64,000 nt of DNA from Gammaproteobacteria bacterium (GTDB lineage: Bacteria > Pseudomonadota > Gammaproteobacteria > Eutrophobiales > Eutrophobiaceae): assembly GCA_041556555.1 (NCBI GenBank), contig JBFFIE010000006.1, positions 5,452 to 69,451 on the forward strand, given 5' to 3'. Positions 21,845-31,667 of the stretch are shown here, one piece after another. The notes under the pieces are model-generated. The model searched no databases and had not been told where the DNA came from. It saw only the letters and a program-made list of their open reading frames with translations. Each line of letters opens with the position of its first letter. Positions within the stretch are counted from its first letter, which is position 1. A program made the position numbers and the translations under genes.

Positions 21845-23560
21845 ATGGCGAAATCAAATAAGAAACATCTACGTCTGGGTGAAATACTGGTACAGCAAGG
21901 TGTTACCACCCCGGATCAGATCGAGATAGCATTAACCGAGCAAAAGAAAAGCAAGGAAAAGCTGGGCAAGATACTGGTGCGCCTCGGCTTTGCAACAGAA
22001 GCCATCATTCGTGATGTTATCGGCGGTGTCATTGGCCAGGAAAGTGTCAACCTTGATTATGCCGTTCCCGACAGCGAGGCTGTGAAACTGATCCCGAAAA
22101 ACCTCGCCAGACGATTGCATGTCCTGCCCCTTACCTACGACAACACAGCAAAGACACTGACGGTAGCCATGACGGATACCTTCAACGTCGTTGTGCTGGA
22201 CCAGATTAGCGTCCAGGTAGGCCGTGAGATTGAACTGGTTCCTGTGCTCGCCGGCGAGGCCGAAATTGAAAAGGCCATCGACCAGTTTTACGGATTTGAA
22301 TTATCGGTTGATGGCATCCTGAATGAAATTGAAACCGGTGAAATCGACTACCAGAGCCTTGATTCGGAAACGGACGAATACAGTCAGCCGGTAGTAAGAT
22401 TGGTTAATGCATTGTTATCTGATGCGGTAAAGCGTGGGGCATCAGATATTCACTTTGAACCGGAAGAAGGATTCCTGCGTTTCCGTTATCGTATTGATGG
22501 CGTACTGCGACAGATACGTAGTATCCACAAGAACTACTGGTCTGCCATTGCAGTCCGCCTGAAAGTGATGTCGGGCATGGATATTGCTGAAACCCGCGCA
22601 CCACAGGATGGTCGAATTTCTCTTTCCCTCTCCGGCCGTATTGTCGATTTTCGCGTGTCAACCTTGCCGACAGTGCACGGTGAAAATATTGTCCTCCGGG
22701 TACTGGACCGGCAAAAAGGCATTGTCGCACTGGACAAATTGGGGCTTAAGGATGATGCACTGAATACTCTGAAGATCATGGTCGGCCGACCGGAAGGCAT
22801 CATCCTCGTCACCGGGCCCACGGGCAGTGGTAAAACCACAACGCTCTATTCCATCCTCAATTACCTGAATGAGGAAAACGTCAACATCATGACCCTGGAA
22901 GACCCGGTAGAATATCCGACCAGCATGATCCGCCAGACTTCGGCTAGCGAAACTTCGCGCCTGGATTTTGCCAGTGGTATCCGTTCCATGATGCGTCAGG
23001 ACCCCGACATTATCCTGGTCGGTGAGATTCGTGATGAGGACACGGCAAGTATGGCCCTGCGCGCCGCCATGACCGGTCACCAGGTGTTTTCCACCCTGCA
23101 CACCAATTCGGCCCTTGGTGCCATTCCCCGATTGCTGGATATCGGTGTCCAGGCCGATATCCTCGCCGGTAATATCATTGGTGTGCTCGCCCAGCGCCTG
23201 GTCAGGAAATTATGTGATGCCTGCAAGGAATCCTACCAGATGAGTGACCTGGAAAGGACACTTCTGAACCTGAAATCCACAGACAGGCAGCAGGATATTT
23301 TCCGGGCCAAGGGCTGCCAGCAGTGTGATGGTCAGGGTTACCGTGGTCGGTTGGCTATACTGGAAATACTGCACTTTGATGCAGATATGGATGAACTCAT
23401 TGCCCGGCGAGGCACCCAGCGAGAACTCATGCGCGCGGCCTTGTCCAAGGGTTTCAAGACACTGGCTGATTCCGGCTCTGACCGGGTCCTGGATGGCTCA
23501 ACATCACTTGAAGAAGTTTCCCGTGTAATTGACCTGACTGGACGTATAACACACAAGTAA
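21845..23560 (+). CDS. GspE/PilB-family type IV pilus assembly ATPase with an N-terminal MshEN (c-di-GMP-binding) motif pair, MshE-like
   Basis: Two tandem 24-aa motifs are present: RLGEILVQQGV...LTEQ and KLGKILVRLGF.... Walker A (GPTGSGKTTT), Asp box, His box and a tetracysteine motif are also present. Confidence 0.85.
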   Translation: MAKSNKKHLRLGEILVQQGVTTPDQIEIALTEQKKSKEKLGKILVRLGFATEAIIRDVIGGVIGQESVNLDYAVPDSEAVKLIPKNLARRLHVLPLTYDNTAKTLTVAMTDTFNVVVLDQISVQVGREIELVPVLAGEAEIEKAIDQFYGFELSVDGILNEIETGEIDYQSLDSETDEYSQPVVRLVNALLSDAVKRGASDIHFEPEEGFLRFRYRIDGVLRQIRSIHKNYWSAIAVRLKVMSGMDIAETRAPQDGRISLSLSGRIVDFRVSTLPTVHGENIVLRVLDRQKGIVALDKLGLKDDALNTLKIMVGRPEGIILVTGPTGSGKTTTLYSILNYLNEENVNIMTLEDPVEYPTSMIRQTSASETSRLDFASGIRSMMRQDPDIILVGEIRDEDTASMALRAAMTGHQVFSTLHTNSALGAIPRLLDIGVQADILAGNIIGVLAQRLVRKLCDACKESYQMSDLERTLLNLKSTDRQQDIFRAKGCQQCDGQGYRGRLAILEILHFDADMDELIARRGTQRELMRAALSKGFKTLADSGSDRVLDGSTSLEEVSRVIDLTGRITHK

Positions 23561-23563
23561 CAA

Positions 23564-24769
23564 ATGGAAGCATTTCAATATAAAGCAGTTGATGATCGGG
23601 GCCGGATAACCGTCGGCAAGATCGACGCCGTCAATATTGCAGATCTGGAGACGCGCCTCGACAGGATGGGTCTTGACCTGGTCAATTATAAAGACCTTGG
23701 GCCGACTGGACCAAAAATTACCGGCGTTGGTGTTTCGCGTCGTGACCTCATCACATTTTGTTTCCATCTTGAGCAAACCGGTCGTGCCGGCGTGCCGATT
23801 CTGGAGAGCCTCGAAGACCTGCGTGACAGTAGTGATAACCCCAGGCTGCGCGAAGTCATTGCAGCGATGATTGATTCCATCGAGGGTGGGCAAACACTAT
23901 CCCAGGCAATGCGTAATTACCCTGCGGTCTTCGACAGCATATTTTGCAACCTGGTCAGAGCGGGTGAACAGTCGGGTGAAATTGCCCAGGTATTCTATCA
24001 GCTGGGCGAGAACCTGAAATGGCAGGACGAGCAAGCAGCCCAGACCAAGAAACTCCTCATCTATCCGGCATTCGTCGGTACAGTTGTCATAGCCGTTGTT
24101 TTCTTCCTGATGGTCTACCTGGTGCCGGAATTGCTCCGCTTTGTAAAAACCATGGGCCAAGAGCTGCCCATGCACACCAAGATTCTGATCGTGGTTTCCA
24201 ATGCCTTTGTCCAGTACTGGTATCTGTTTGTCCTGATCCCGGTACTGGTGGTTGGCGGATTGATGATTGCGATAAGGGTGAACGAAACTGCAAGGTACCA
24301 ATATGATGCCTTCAAACTAAAAATACCGATTATTGGCCCGATACTTCGCAAAATCATCCTGACTCGCTTGACCAGCTTTTTTGCCATGATGTATGCATCT
24401 GGCATTACCATCATCGAGTGCATTCGTACCGGTGAACAGATAGTAGGTAACAAGGTAATTGAGCAGGCAATGCACCAGGTTGGTCAGCACATTGCCGACG
24501 GCGCAACGCTGAGTACCAGCTTTGAAAGAACAGAACTGTTTCCACCACTGGTGTTAAGAATGATACGTGTTGGCGAGAATACCGGAGCCCTTGAGGAATC
24601 ATTGATCAATATCAGCTACTTTTACACCCGCGATATCAAGGAATCGATTGAAAAATTGCAATCCATGATTGAGCCTACGATGACGGTTGTCCTTGGTGCA
24701 ATTATTGGCTGGGTCATGTTATCTGTCCTTGGACCTATTTATGATCTCATCACTAAAGTCAAAATTTGA
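23564..24769 (+). CDS. GspF/PilC-family inner-membrane platform protein, MshG-like
   Basis: 401 aa. Two GspF repeats and three TM segments are present. Confidence 0.85.
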   Translation: MEAFQYKAVDDRGRITVGKIDAVNIADLETRLDRMGLDLVNYKDLGPTGPKITGVGVSRRDLITFCFHLEQTGRAGVPILESLEDLRDSSDNPRLREVIAAMIDSIEGGQTLSQAMRNYPAVFDSIFCNLVRAGEQSGEIAQVFYQLGENLKWQDEQAAQTKKLLIYPAFVGTVVIAVVFFLMVYLVPELLRFVKTMGQELPMHTKILIVVSNAFVQYWYLFVLIPVLVVGGLMIAIRVNETARYQYDAFKLKIPIIGPILRKIILTRLTSFFAMMYASGITIIECIRTGEQIVGNKVIEQAMHQVGQHIADGATLSTSFERTELFPPLVLRMIRVGENTGALEESLINISYFYTRDIKESIEKLQSMIEPTMTVVLGAIIGWVMLSVLGPIYDLITKVKI

Positions 24770-26351
24770 TACGGGCGACCGCAGGGCAATCCTGCTCAGT
24801 TCAACCAAGCTTTTTGTTTACCTCTGGACAGACGGCAAGCTTGGTCGGACCTATATGTTTGACGTAACCGATCAGGGCCGGGCATTTTTTGACAATTACA
24901 TTAAGGAATCCGAGCTTCTGGAAACCTATTTCGTGGTTGATATTGTCGAGGAGGAATATCGCCAAGAAACGATACCTCATGTATTTGGTGGCGATCGCCG
25001 GGCGGTCATAAAGCGCAAAAAGGAGCGACTGTTTCGAGACACACCCTATTTTCATGCTGAGATACAGGGTCGGGTTGAAGAGGGCAGACGGGATGACCGG
25101 GTCCTGTTTACAGCATTAACCAACCAGGACATTATCCAGCCCTGGATTGATATTCTTCTGGAAAACAAGGTTCCGCTTGCCGGGATTTATTCCATTCCGC
25201 AGATTACCTCGTTATTACTCGACAAGCTGCCCGAGCCCTCGGAACACATGCTGATAGTCAGCATGCACAGCATTACAGGCCTCAGGCAGACATTTTTTCA
25301 CAAAAAGGAACTTAAAATCAGCCGACTGGTTGATCTGCCGCGCTACGGGACATCGCCCTATGCACCGATCATCCGCGAGGAGGTTGATGTCATTACCCGG
25401 TATCTTAACAGCTTGCGCCTCATTGACAGCGAGAAGCCATACGAGGTTTATTTTCTGGCTGACAACAAACTGCTGAGCGAGATCAAAAGCGAGTTGGATG
25501 AGTCTGCTTCGGTTAACTATCACTTTGTAAATCTGAATACCTTTGGCAGAGAGTGCGGACTTGAAATTGAAACAGCCAATCCGTTCAGTGAAAAACTGTT
25601 TATTTATCATCTGCTGAAAGAGAGGCCCGGTAATTACTACGCCCAGAAAAACGAAACGCATTATTATCGTATGTCACGCATCAGGGGCGCGATGTATGTC
25701 ACCAGCGTCTGCATGGTTCTCGCCAGCCTAATCTGGGGCAGTATTAATTTCACAATAGGTCTGAGTTACAGAAAACAGGCAGAATTGTCCCAGAAACAAT
25801 ACCAGTATTACAGTGAGCGGCTGAAAGAGGCACGCAAAGAGCTTGCTCCGAGTCCGGTCAGCCCCTATGACCTTAAAACACTGGTGGAAATGGCAGACAC
25901 ACTGAAAAAATACAAGACAGACCCTGCCGATATCTTCCAGGTCATCAGTCGTGGGCTGGCCCGGTTTCCACAGATTGAACTGACCAATATCACCTGGAAT
26001 TCATCCAGTAAACCTGCAAGCCAGGAAAACACCGTTGCCACCGGAGATCTCGGACGTGGTTTGGCAGGTTATAGCACGCTTGAAGTTAATAGCTCGGATT
26101 ACAAGTATTTCCAGAATATTTATCTCGATGGTTATCTAGCGTCCTTCGATGGCAACTATCGCAAGGGCATAGCCACGATAAACAATTTTGTTGAATCACT
26201 AAGAGGCATTGATGCGGTTGAGGATGTAGCTGTGATCAAGCTGCCATTAGACACCGGCTCAGATAATCCCCTGAGCGGTGATACCAATAATGAATCTCTG
26301 GAAGCTAATTTTTCAGTCAGGCTGGTAATGGGAGTCATGCCAAATGGATAG
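24741..26351 (+). CDS. PilM/PilN-type fusion assembly protein (MshI-like). Cytoplasmic actin-like N-domain, one TM helix, periplasmic coiled-coil domain
   Basis: ATG at 24741 overlaps the platform gene by 29 nt. About 330 aa are cytoplasmic. A TM helix (MYVTSVCMVLASLIWGSINF) is followed by a PilN-like periplasmic part. Confidence 0.5.
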   Translation: MISSLKSKFDTGDRRAILLSSTKLFVYLWTDGKLGRTYMFDVTDQGRAFFDNYIKESELLETYFVVDIVEEEYRQETIPHVFGGDRRAVIKRKKERLFRDTPYFHAEIQGRVEEGRRDDRVLFTALTNQDIIQPWIDILLENKVPLAGIYSIPQITSLLLDKLPEPSEHMLIVSMHSITGLRQTFFHKKELKISRLVDLPRYGTSPYAPIIREEVDVITRYLNSLRLIDSEKPYEVYFLADNKLLSEIKSELDESASVNYHFVNLNTFGRECGLEIETANPFSEKLFIYHLLKERPGNYYAQKNETHYYRMSRIRGAMYVTSVCMVLASLIWGSINFTIGLSYRKQAELSQKQYQYYSERLKEARKELAPSPVSPYDLKTLVEMADTLKKYKTDPADIFQVISRGLARFPQIELTNITWNSSSKPASQENTVATGDLGRGLAGYSTLEVNSSDYKYFQNIYLDGYLASFDGNYRKGIATINNFVESLRGIDAVEDVAVIKLPLDTGSDNPLSGDTNNESLEANFSVRLVMGVMPNG

Positions 26352-26961
26352 GGGCATGGATGTTTCGGTTCTCAAGGGCGCAGCTATTGTGTTTCTCATT
26401 AGTCTTTTGTTCAGTGGCGGCCTCGTCTGGAGCGGGTGGTATTTCAAGGATGAAATGCTGAATGCCTACAACAGGGCGAAAGCCCAACAAAAAAGTGTTG
26501 CAAGCAGCTATGTTTCCATTGATGAGGAGAAAAGACTGGTCAGGGAATATCTGCCAGTATTCAAGAATCTCCATACGTTTGGTGTATTTGGTCAGGAACA
26601 TAGACTTAATTGGCTGGAAACACTGCGCAGTACGGGTGAAAAGCTGAAACTCCCGGCATTGCGCTACGAAATTGATTCACAAGATATCTATGTTCCTGAT
26701 TACACGGTCAATAGTGGAACCTTCAAAATATACGCCAGCCCGATGATATTGAATGTTGAACTGGTTCACGAAATTGATTTACTTGATCTGCTGGATAACC
26801 TTGATCGGAAGGCACAGGGGATTTATAACCTTAAATCATGTGAACTGATCCGGTCTCCAAAGGATGTTTCCCGGGAAAAATTAGATTCATATGTAAATGC
26901 AGATTGCAAGCTGATGTGGTTTAACATCAAGAAATCTGACGGTAGAACGATAGATATCTAG
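26344..26961 (+). CDS. PilO-like (MshJ-like) bitopic inner-membrane protein
   Basis: 205 aa with an N-terminal TM helix, then a coiled coil, then a periplasmic domain. It overlaps the previous gene by 8 nt (ATGGATAG). Confidence 0.45.
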   Translation: MDRGMDVSVLKGAAIVFLISLLFSGGLVWSGWYFKDEMLNAYNRAKAQQKSVASSYVSIDEEKRLVREYLPVFKNLHTFGVFGQEHRLNWLETLRSTGEKLKLPALRYEIDSQDIYVPDYTVNSGTFKIYASPMILNVELVHEIDLLDLLDNLDRKAQGIYNLKSCELIRSPKDVSREKLDSYVNADCKLMWFNIKKSDGRTIDI

Positions 26962-26964
26962 ATA

Positions 26965-27438
26965 ATGAAAAAAGGCAAACACATCATTATATTCCTGGCA
27001 GGTAGCCTTTTTGTTACCCTGCTTCCGGCCAGAGATTTGTCTTCTCAGGATAACATCGGTCGCCTGTTCATGACACCGGAAGAGAGGAGAACGCTGGATC
27101 TATTACGGAATCAGGAAGATCGCTCGACTATTACCGTTCCAAGTCTTGCCATTGAAGATGATCCTGATGAGGTATTGGATGAACAAATAACCGGTATAAC
27201 GGTTGACGGAATTGTTTACAGGAAAAACGGCAAGAGCACAGCCTGGGTCAATGATGGAAATACCTACGAAGGAGACCTTTCTACCCAGTATCTTGACATC
27301 AACCCGGAGCATATCAGCCCCGGTGGCGTAAAGATAAAAGTCAAGAATAACGATAAATCCAGATTAATCAGGATGGAAACCGGGCAAACCTATGATCCTG
27401 TAAAAGATGAAGTTGTTGACCCGGTAAAGTACAAATAA
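26965..27438 (+). CDS. PilP-like (MshK-like) periplasmic protein with a signal peptide
   Basis: 157 aa with a signal peptide. Its position and size match the PilP/MshK slot. Confidence 0.4.
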   Translation: MKKGKHIIIFLAGSLFVTLLPARDLSSQDNIGRLFMTPEERRTLDLLRNQEDRSTITVPSLAIEDDPDEVLDEQITGITVDGIVYRKNGKSTAWVNDGNTYEGDLSTQYLDINPEHISPGGVKIKVKNNDKSRLIRMETGQTYDPVKDEVVDPVKYK

Positions 27439-27483
27439 CTCCCTCCCGCTTAATCACACCTGAATATTGTGGGATAGTTCAAT

Positions 27484-29178
27484 ATGAAAAAACCTGTGCC
27501 ACAAAAACAAAAGGGTGCCGTATTACTTGCTACTACACTTATCTTGATACTGGGCTCTGCCTGGTTATTGATTATCAACCTTAACAACAATGCCAGGCGT
27601 TTTGCGAATTACGAGGAGAGTATGCAAGTACTCAGAGAGGCAAAACAGGCCCTGATTGCCTATGCGGTTAACTATTACGAATCCAATCCTGGCCATTTCG
27701 GTTTTTTACCTTGCCCGGATTCAAGTACCACTGGTGAGGAGGGTAACCAGGAAGCCCCCTGTGGGGCACGATATGTCAATGTCATGGGTAAGTTTCCCTG
27801 GCAAGCGCTGGATCTTCCCCCACTGAAGGATGCTTATGGTCAATGCCTGTGGTATGCCGTCTCCGGTGCGGTCAAGGGAGGTAGTAGCCGCTCTGAAATG
27901 TTGAATGAAGATACCCATGGCACATTCCAGATTATGGATCCGGATGGCGTCACAGTGGTTGCCGGGGCCACACCCAGGGAAAGGCCGGTGGCCGTTATTT
28001 TCGCCCCGGGACGTTCCATTAATAACCAGACACGGGCCGATAGCAACGGCGCTATCTGTGAAGGGAATGAAGCGGTGAATTATGTGGCGAGTAATTATCT
28101 TGATGCCGAGGTACCGTCAAACCCCCTGTTGGGTATCAGGAATTATGTCGTAAGTTCCACAGCGGATACGGTAGACCAGTTCATAATGACAGGCGATCCG
28201 GAGAGTGAGGATTTCAATGATCTGATGCTTTACATCACGATTGATGAGATCTTTGATGCCATCAAGCAGCGTAACGATTTTGCAGATAAGCTTTACGACG
28301 AGGCCGCCTTGAATAATCTTACCTATCGGGTAGCAGAATGTATTGCCGGCTATGGCCAGTACCATGCCGATAAACACGTTGACGATGGTGATGGGGATTA
28401 CAATCGCAGCCTGCCTTGGCCTGCGCGTTTCGATTTTGCGGATGATGACAACCGTTACCGGTATGAAGCAGAATATTATGATATTGATAATAGTTCACTG
28501 CTCATGGGGAGAGTCCCCATAGATATCAGCAACAGCAACGATGAGATATATAATGGCTGCAGTTCACCGCATACCTGTTTACCCCCGTCTGACAGACTCA
28601 TAGACACCAGTACGTCGCCATATTCGGGGTTTTGCAGGGCGTTCTGGCTGGTGTATTCGGATAACCCGATTAGTCCATCTGCCACAAATGAGTTGATTGA
28701 CTTATGGAATAACTGGAAAGACCATTTATTCTATATTGTGTCGGAGGAATATCAGCCACAGCCCATGAGCGCAGATACAGATGCCTGCCTCGACACTACT
28801 CAATCACCGGATGAAATCGAACCTAGATGTATTACAATAAATGTGCCGTTCACTTATCCGCCGAATGACCAGTCGTTGAATATGACAATGGTGGCTGCAA
28901 TAGTTATTTTCTCTAATGAGACATTACCATCGTTATCACAGTCAAGATCGGCACCACCGATCGATACCGATGACAAGCAGAATCCTGCCTCGAATCTGGA
29001 AGACCGGAATATCATCCCCTATACGACTTCTGATGTAGGGATAGATACAGAGTTTTCCAGTAATCAAGTCAGTGCTACTTTTAATGATGTTCTTTATTGC
29101 ATCAATGAAGATACGGATGAAACGTCGATTGGCGGACCACCGCCGTTCAAGGCGGGCAGATGCCCGGTGAATCCATAA
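27484..29178 (+). CDS. Large PilX_N-type pilus-associated protein (pseudopilin-like N-terminal helix without the canonical G-F-T-L-I-E)
   Basis: The N-terminus QKGAVLLATTLILILGSAWLL resembles the PilX N-domain. It shares an LPCPD...C...G-x-F/L-PW-x-x-L-x-x-P block with the downstream pilin. The large C-terminal region is acidic. Confidence 0.5.
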   Translation: MKKPVPQKQKGAVLLATTLILILGSAWLLIINLNNNARRFANYEESMQVLREAKQALIAYAVNYYESNPGHFGFLPCPDSSTTGEEGNQEAPCGARYVNVMGKFPWQALDLPPLKDAYGQCLWYAVSGAVKGGSSRSEMLNEDTHGTFQIMDPDGVTVVAGATPRERPVAVIFAPGRSINNQTRADSNGAICEGNEAVNYVASNYLDAEVPSNPLLGIRNYVVSSTADTVDQFIMTGDPESEDFNDLMLYITIDEIFDAIKQRNDFADKLYDEAALNNLTYRVAECIAGYGQYHADKHVDDGDGDYNRSLPWPARFDFADDDNRYRYEAEYYDIDNSSLLMGRVPIDISNSNDEIYNGCSSPHTCLPPSDRLIDTSTSPYSGFCRAFWLVYSDNPISPSATNELIDLWNNWKDHLFYIVSEEYQPQPMSADTDACLDTTQSPDEIEPRCITINVPFTYPPNDQSLNMTMVAAIVIFSNETLPSLSQSRSAPPIDTDDKQNPASNLEDRNIIPYTTSDVGIDTEFSSNQVSATFNDVLYCINEDTDETSIGGPPPFKAGRCPVNP

Positions 29179-29181
29179 GCC

Positions 29182-29946
29182 ATGAACCAAAAAAACAAAA
29201 GCCTTGCTAGCCACGGTTTCACCCTGATAGAACTCGCTATCGTGTTGTTCATTGTCAGCCTGTTACTGGGCGGCTTGCTCATGCCCTATGCGACCAGTGT
29301 CGAACAACGGGAGCGTGAGGACACAGCCGAGATCCTGGAGGACATCAAGGAAGCTCTGTATGGACACGCATTGGTTAACGGTTACCTGCCTTGCCCGGAT
29401 TGCGAGACAGGCCAGGCCTGTGCAGCCGGTACACCGGATGACGGGATAGAAGACAGAAATGGCAACCTGTGTTCAGTAACGCTTTCTGCTCAAAATACCT
29501 ACACAGGGAATCTGCCCTGGGCCACGCTCGGCGTTCCCCAGTTTGATGCCTGGGAAAAACCATTTACCTACAGCGTGACCGATACTTTTTCAAATGACGC
29601 GGTTCCTTTTACCCTGACGGATACCGGGACGATAGACATACTCGACCAGGACGGCGCCGCCACGGCCCGGATAGCGCAGAGCATCCCCGCTATCGTAGTT
29701 TCCCACGGCAAGGATCATTATGTGCCCGCGCAAAGCGCAGACCAGGTAGAAAACTACGAGCGCGATGCGAACATATATGGCACAACCAATAGTATCCTCA
29801 CAGCATATTCAGGTGATAATGCCGGTGAATTTGTCTTTACCGATTACAGGCTCTTGGGGGGTAATATTGATTACGACGATATGATGATCTGGATTTCCCC
29901 GTTTGTCATCAAAAACCGGATGATTGCCGCAGGTCAACTGCCCTGA
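29182..29946 (+). CDS. Type IV (prepilin-type) minor pilin, Cys-rich
   Basis: The prepilin cleavage/methylation motif reads HG|FTLIELAIVLFIV. Five Cys residues fall within about 40 aa (LPCPDCETGQACAAG...NLC). It is the last gene of the operon. Confidence 0.75.
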   Translation: MNQKNKSLASHGFTLIELAIVLFIVSLLLGGLLMPYATSVEQREREDTAEILEDIKEALYGHALVNGYLPCPDCETGQACAAGTPDDGIEDRNGNLCSVTLSAQNTYTGNLPWATLGVPQFDAWEKPFTYSVTDTFSNDAVPFTLTDTGTIDILDQDGAATARIAQSIPAIVVSHGKDHYVPAQSADQVENYERDANIYGTTNSILTAYSGDNAGEFVFTDYRLLGGNIDYDDMMIWISPFVIKNRMIAAGQLP

Positions 29947-31610
29947 TTCAGAGACCGTGACTTCTCCAGCCTGAAGCATACCTTGCCATCCGAATTATGT
30001 TTCAGTTTCAACTCATAACCCAGTGTCCCGGCCTGCTTGGCTGCCTGTAACAGGCCAATACCCAGACCATTGTCTGATTTAACCGGTTCCTGAAAAAGCC
30101 TTTCGACGAGTTCTTTGGGTATGGCCTGGCCGTTATCCTCTACTTCAATAGAAATTCCTTCATCGTTTCCCTGCAGGGTAACGGTAATATCGATTTCCGG
30201 ATCCAGCTTGCGTTTGTTTATAGCATTTTCAACGAGGTTTTCACTGACACTATCAAATAAATCAAAAGGGATACGAAGGTCACTGTTGATATCATCTTTG
30301 AACTGAATATCAAACGACCTGTAATGATTCATGAACTCATTCCACCAGTCTCTGAGATAGATTTCGTCCGCGATCAGTTGCTCGGGTGATTGTAACTTGT
30401 TGACTGCTTGTTCCAGGCGCTGTATGAAATAAGGAAACTGCTTTTTCAGTATCAACAATGACCTGGCATCTCTTTCGTCTGTATCAGCTTGCAAAATTGT
30501 TACCATGGAGTGCATGGACTGCAAGAGGTTCTTGATGTCATGAGTAATCCTGGCACCGGTCTCAAATATGGCCTGAAGATGTGCCTGCTTGGCAAGTTCA
30601 ATCTCGTTCAACTTGGCCTGATAGAAATATTCAATCAGCCGGATTAATAATTTGCAATGTATCAGCACGGCCCCGCCTACTCGTATATGCGTGTAAATCT
30701 CAATGGGCTTATTACTAATATCCAGGCTAATCCTGTGGCTGGATTTTTTCCCCTTTAGCTGGTTATTCCAGTATGTACCGGATATCCAGTCCAGTGTAAG
30801 CAGCTTTTCTATGGCCACATCCAGGTATTCCTCAGCAGAATCATGTTGATCCTTGAGCGCGGAAAGTTCATCCAGCCAGGTTTCAAACGGGGTTCCGATA
30901 CTGAGCAGTGATTTGGTCCAGATCTGGGAAAATCCACTGAGCCCGATATTTGCAGAAAGCAACCAGCTGATAAAAAGCAGGAATAGGCCAATTGCCAGGA
31001 GAATCCGGATCAGCGCTGTGACGTAATCGGTGCCAGCAGAATACATGATGACAAGACTGCCGAGCGCAATCAAACTCACCAGTAATGAAGTAGTGATAGC
31101 ATATATGATGTCAACTGGAACCGGTGATCGTTTTGCAGGTTTGAATAACGGCATTAAAACCGGGACCAGTAGCAAGAGGTAGTTCAGTGATGATATGCCC
31201 TTGGGCAGGGTGGCAATCGTGAACATCATGGGCAGGCAGATAAGAAGTATCTCAGAGAACAGAAATACCATGACGATATAGTAAACAAAACGCTCAGCAC
31301 GGCTGTTGACAACGCGTCCTCCAACGATGCCCAGTATCAGTACCAGCCAGACAAAGACAAGCCACCAGTTGATAAAATAGACAAACAGGAAACTCAGCAG
31401 AATAAGTAACAGACTGTTATACCAGCTATAACGTTCTTCAGTCCTTTCTATGGGTTGCCAGAGGAGAAAAAAACCCAGGTGAATGAGAAACAGCGCCCGT
31501 GAGAGCAGACTGCCGAAATCAATCCAGATCGCAAGATGCAGACTTGCCAGCATTGCTGCCAATAACAGGTAATCGCGACGATCACTGACGAATCTGAAGA
31601 GACTGGTCAT
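29934..31610 (-). CDS. Multi-TM sensor histidine kinase, PilS-like (about 8 predicted TM helices + DHp + HATPase_c)
   Basis: The N-terminal 250 aa or so are polytopic. The H-box reads ARITHDIKNLL, followed by N and G boxes (NGLGIGL). It is convergent with the pilus operon and overlaps it by 13 nt. Confidence 0.75.
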   Translation of the reverse strand: MTSLFRFVSDRRDYLLLAAMLASLHLAIWIDFGSLLSRALFLIHLGFFLLWQPIERTEERYSWYNSLLLILLSFLFVYFINWWLVFVWLVLILGIVGGRVVNSRAERFVYYIVMVFLFSEILLICLPMMFTIATLPKGISSLNYLLLLVPVLMPLFKPAKRSPVPVDIIYAITTSLLVSLIALGSLVIMYSAGTDYVTALIRILLAIGLFLLFISWLLSANIGLSGFSQIWTKSLLSIGTPFETWLDELSALKDQHDSAEEYLDVAIEKLLTLDWISGTYWNNQLKGKKSSHRISLDISNKPIEIYTHIRVGGAVLIHCKLLIRLIEYFYQAKLNEIELAKQAHLQAIFETGARITHDIKNLLQSMHSMVTILQADTDERDARSLLILKKQFPYFIQRLEQAVNKLQSPEQLIADEIYLRDWWNEFMNHYRSFDIQFKDDINSDLRIPFDLFDSVSENLVENAINKRKLDPEIDITVTLQGNDEGISIEVEDNGQAIPKELVERLFQEPVKSDNGLGIGLLQAAKQAGTLGYELKLKHNSDGKVCFRLEKSRSLNQGS

Positions 31611-31667
31611 CTGAGAGAGAAGTTTTTTTAAGCATATATAGTATATTATTTACAGTTGTTTTGATAT

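Noticed and set aside
25215-25661. A 148-aa minus-strand ORF inside the MshI-like gene, and similar antisense ORFs inside the secretin, GspE and kinase genes.
   Set aside because: They are fully embedded antisense to coupled operon genes and have no motifs. They are most likely non-coding.
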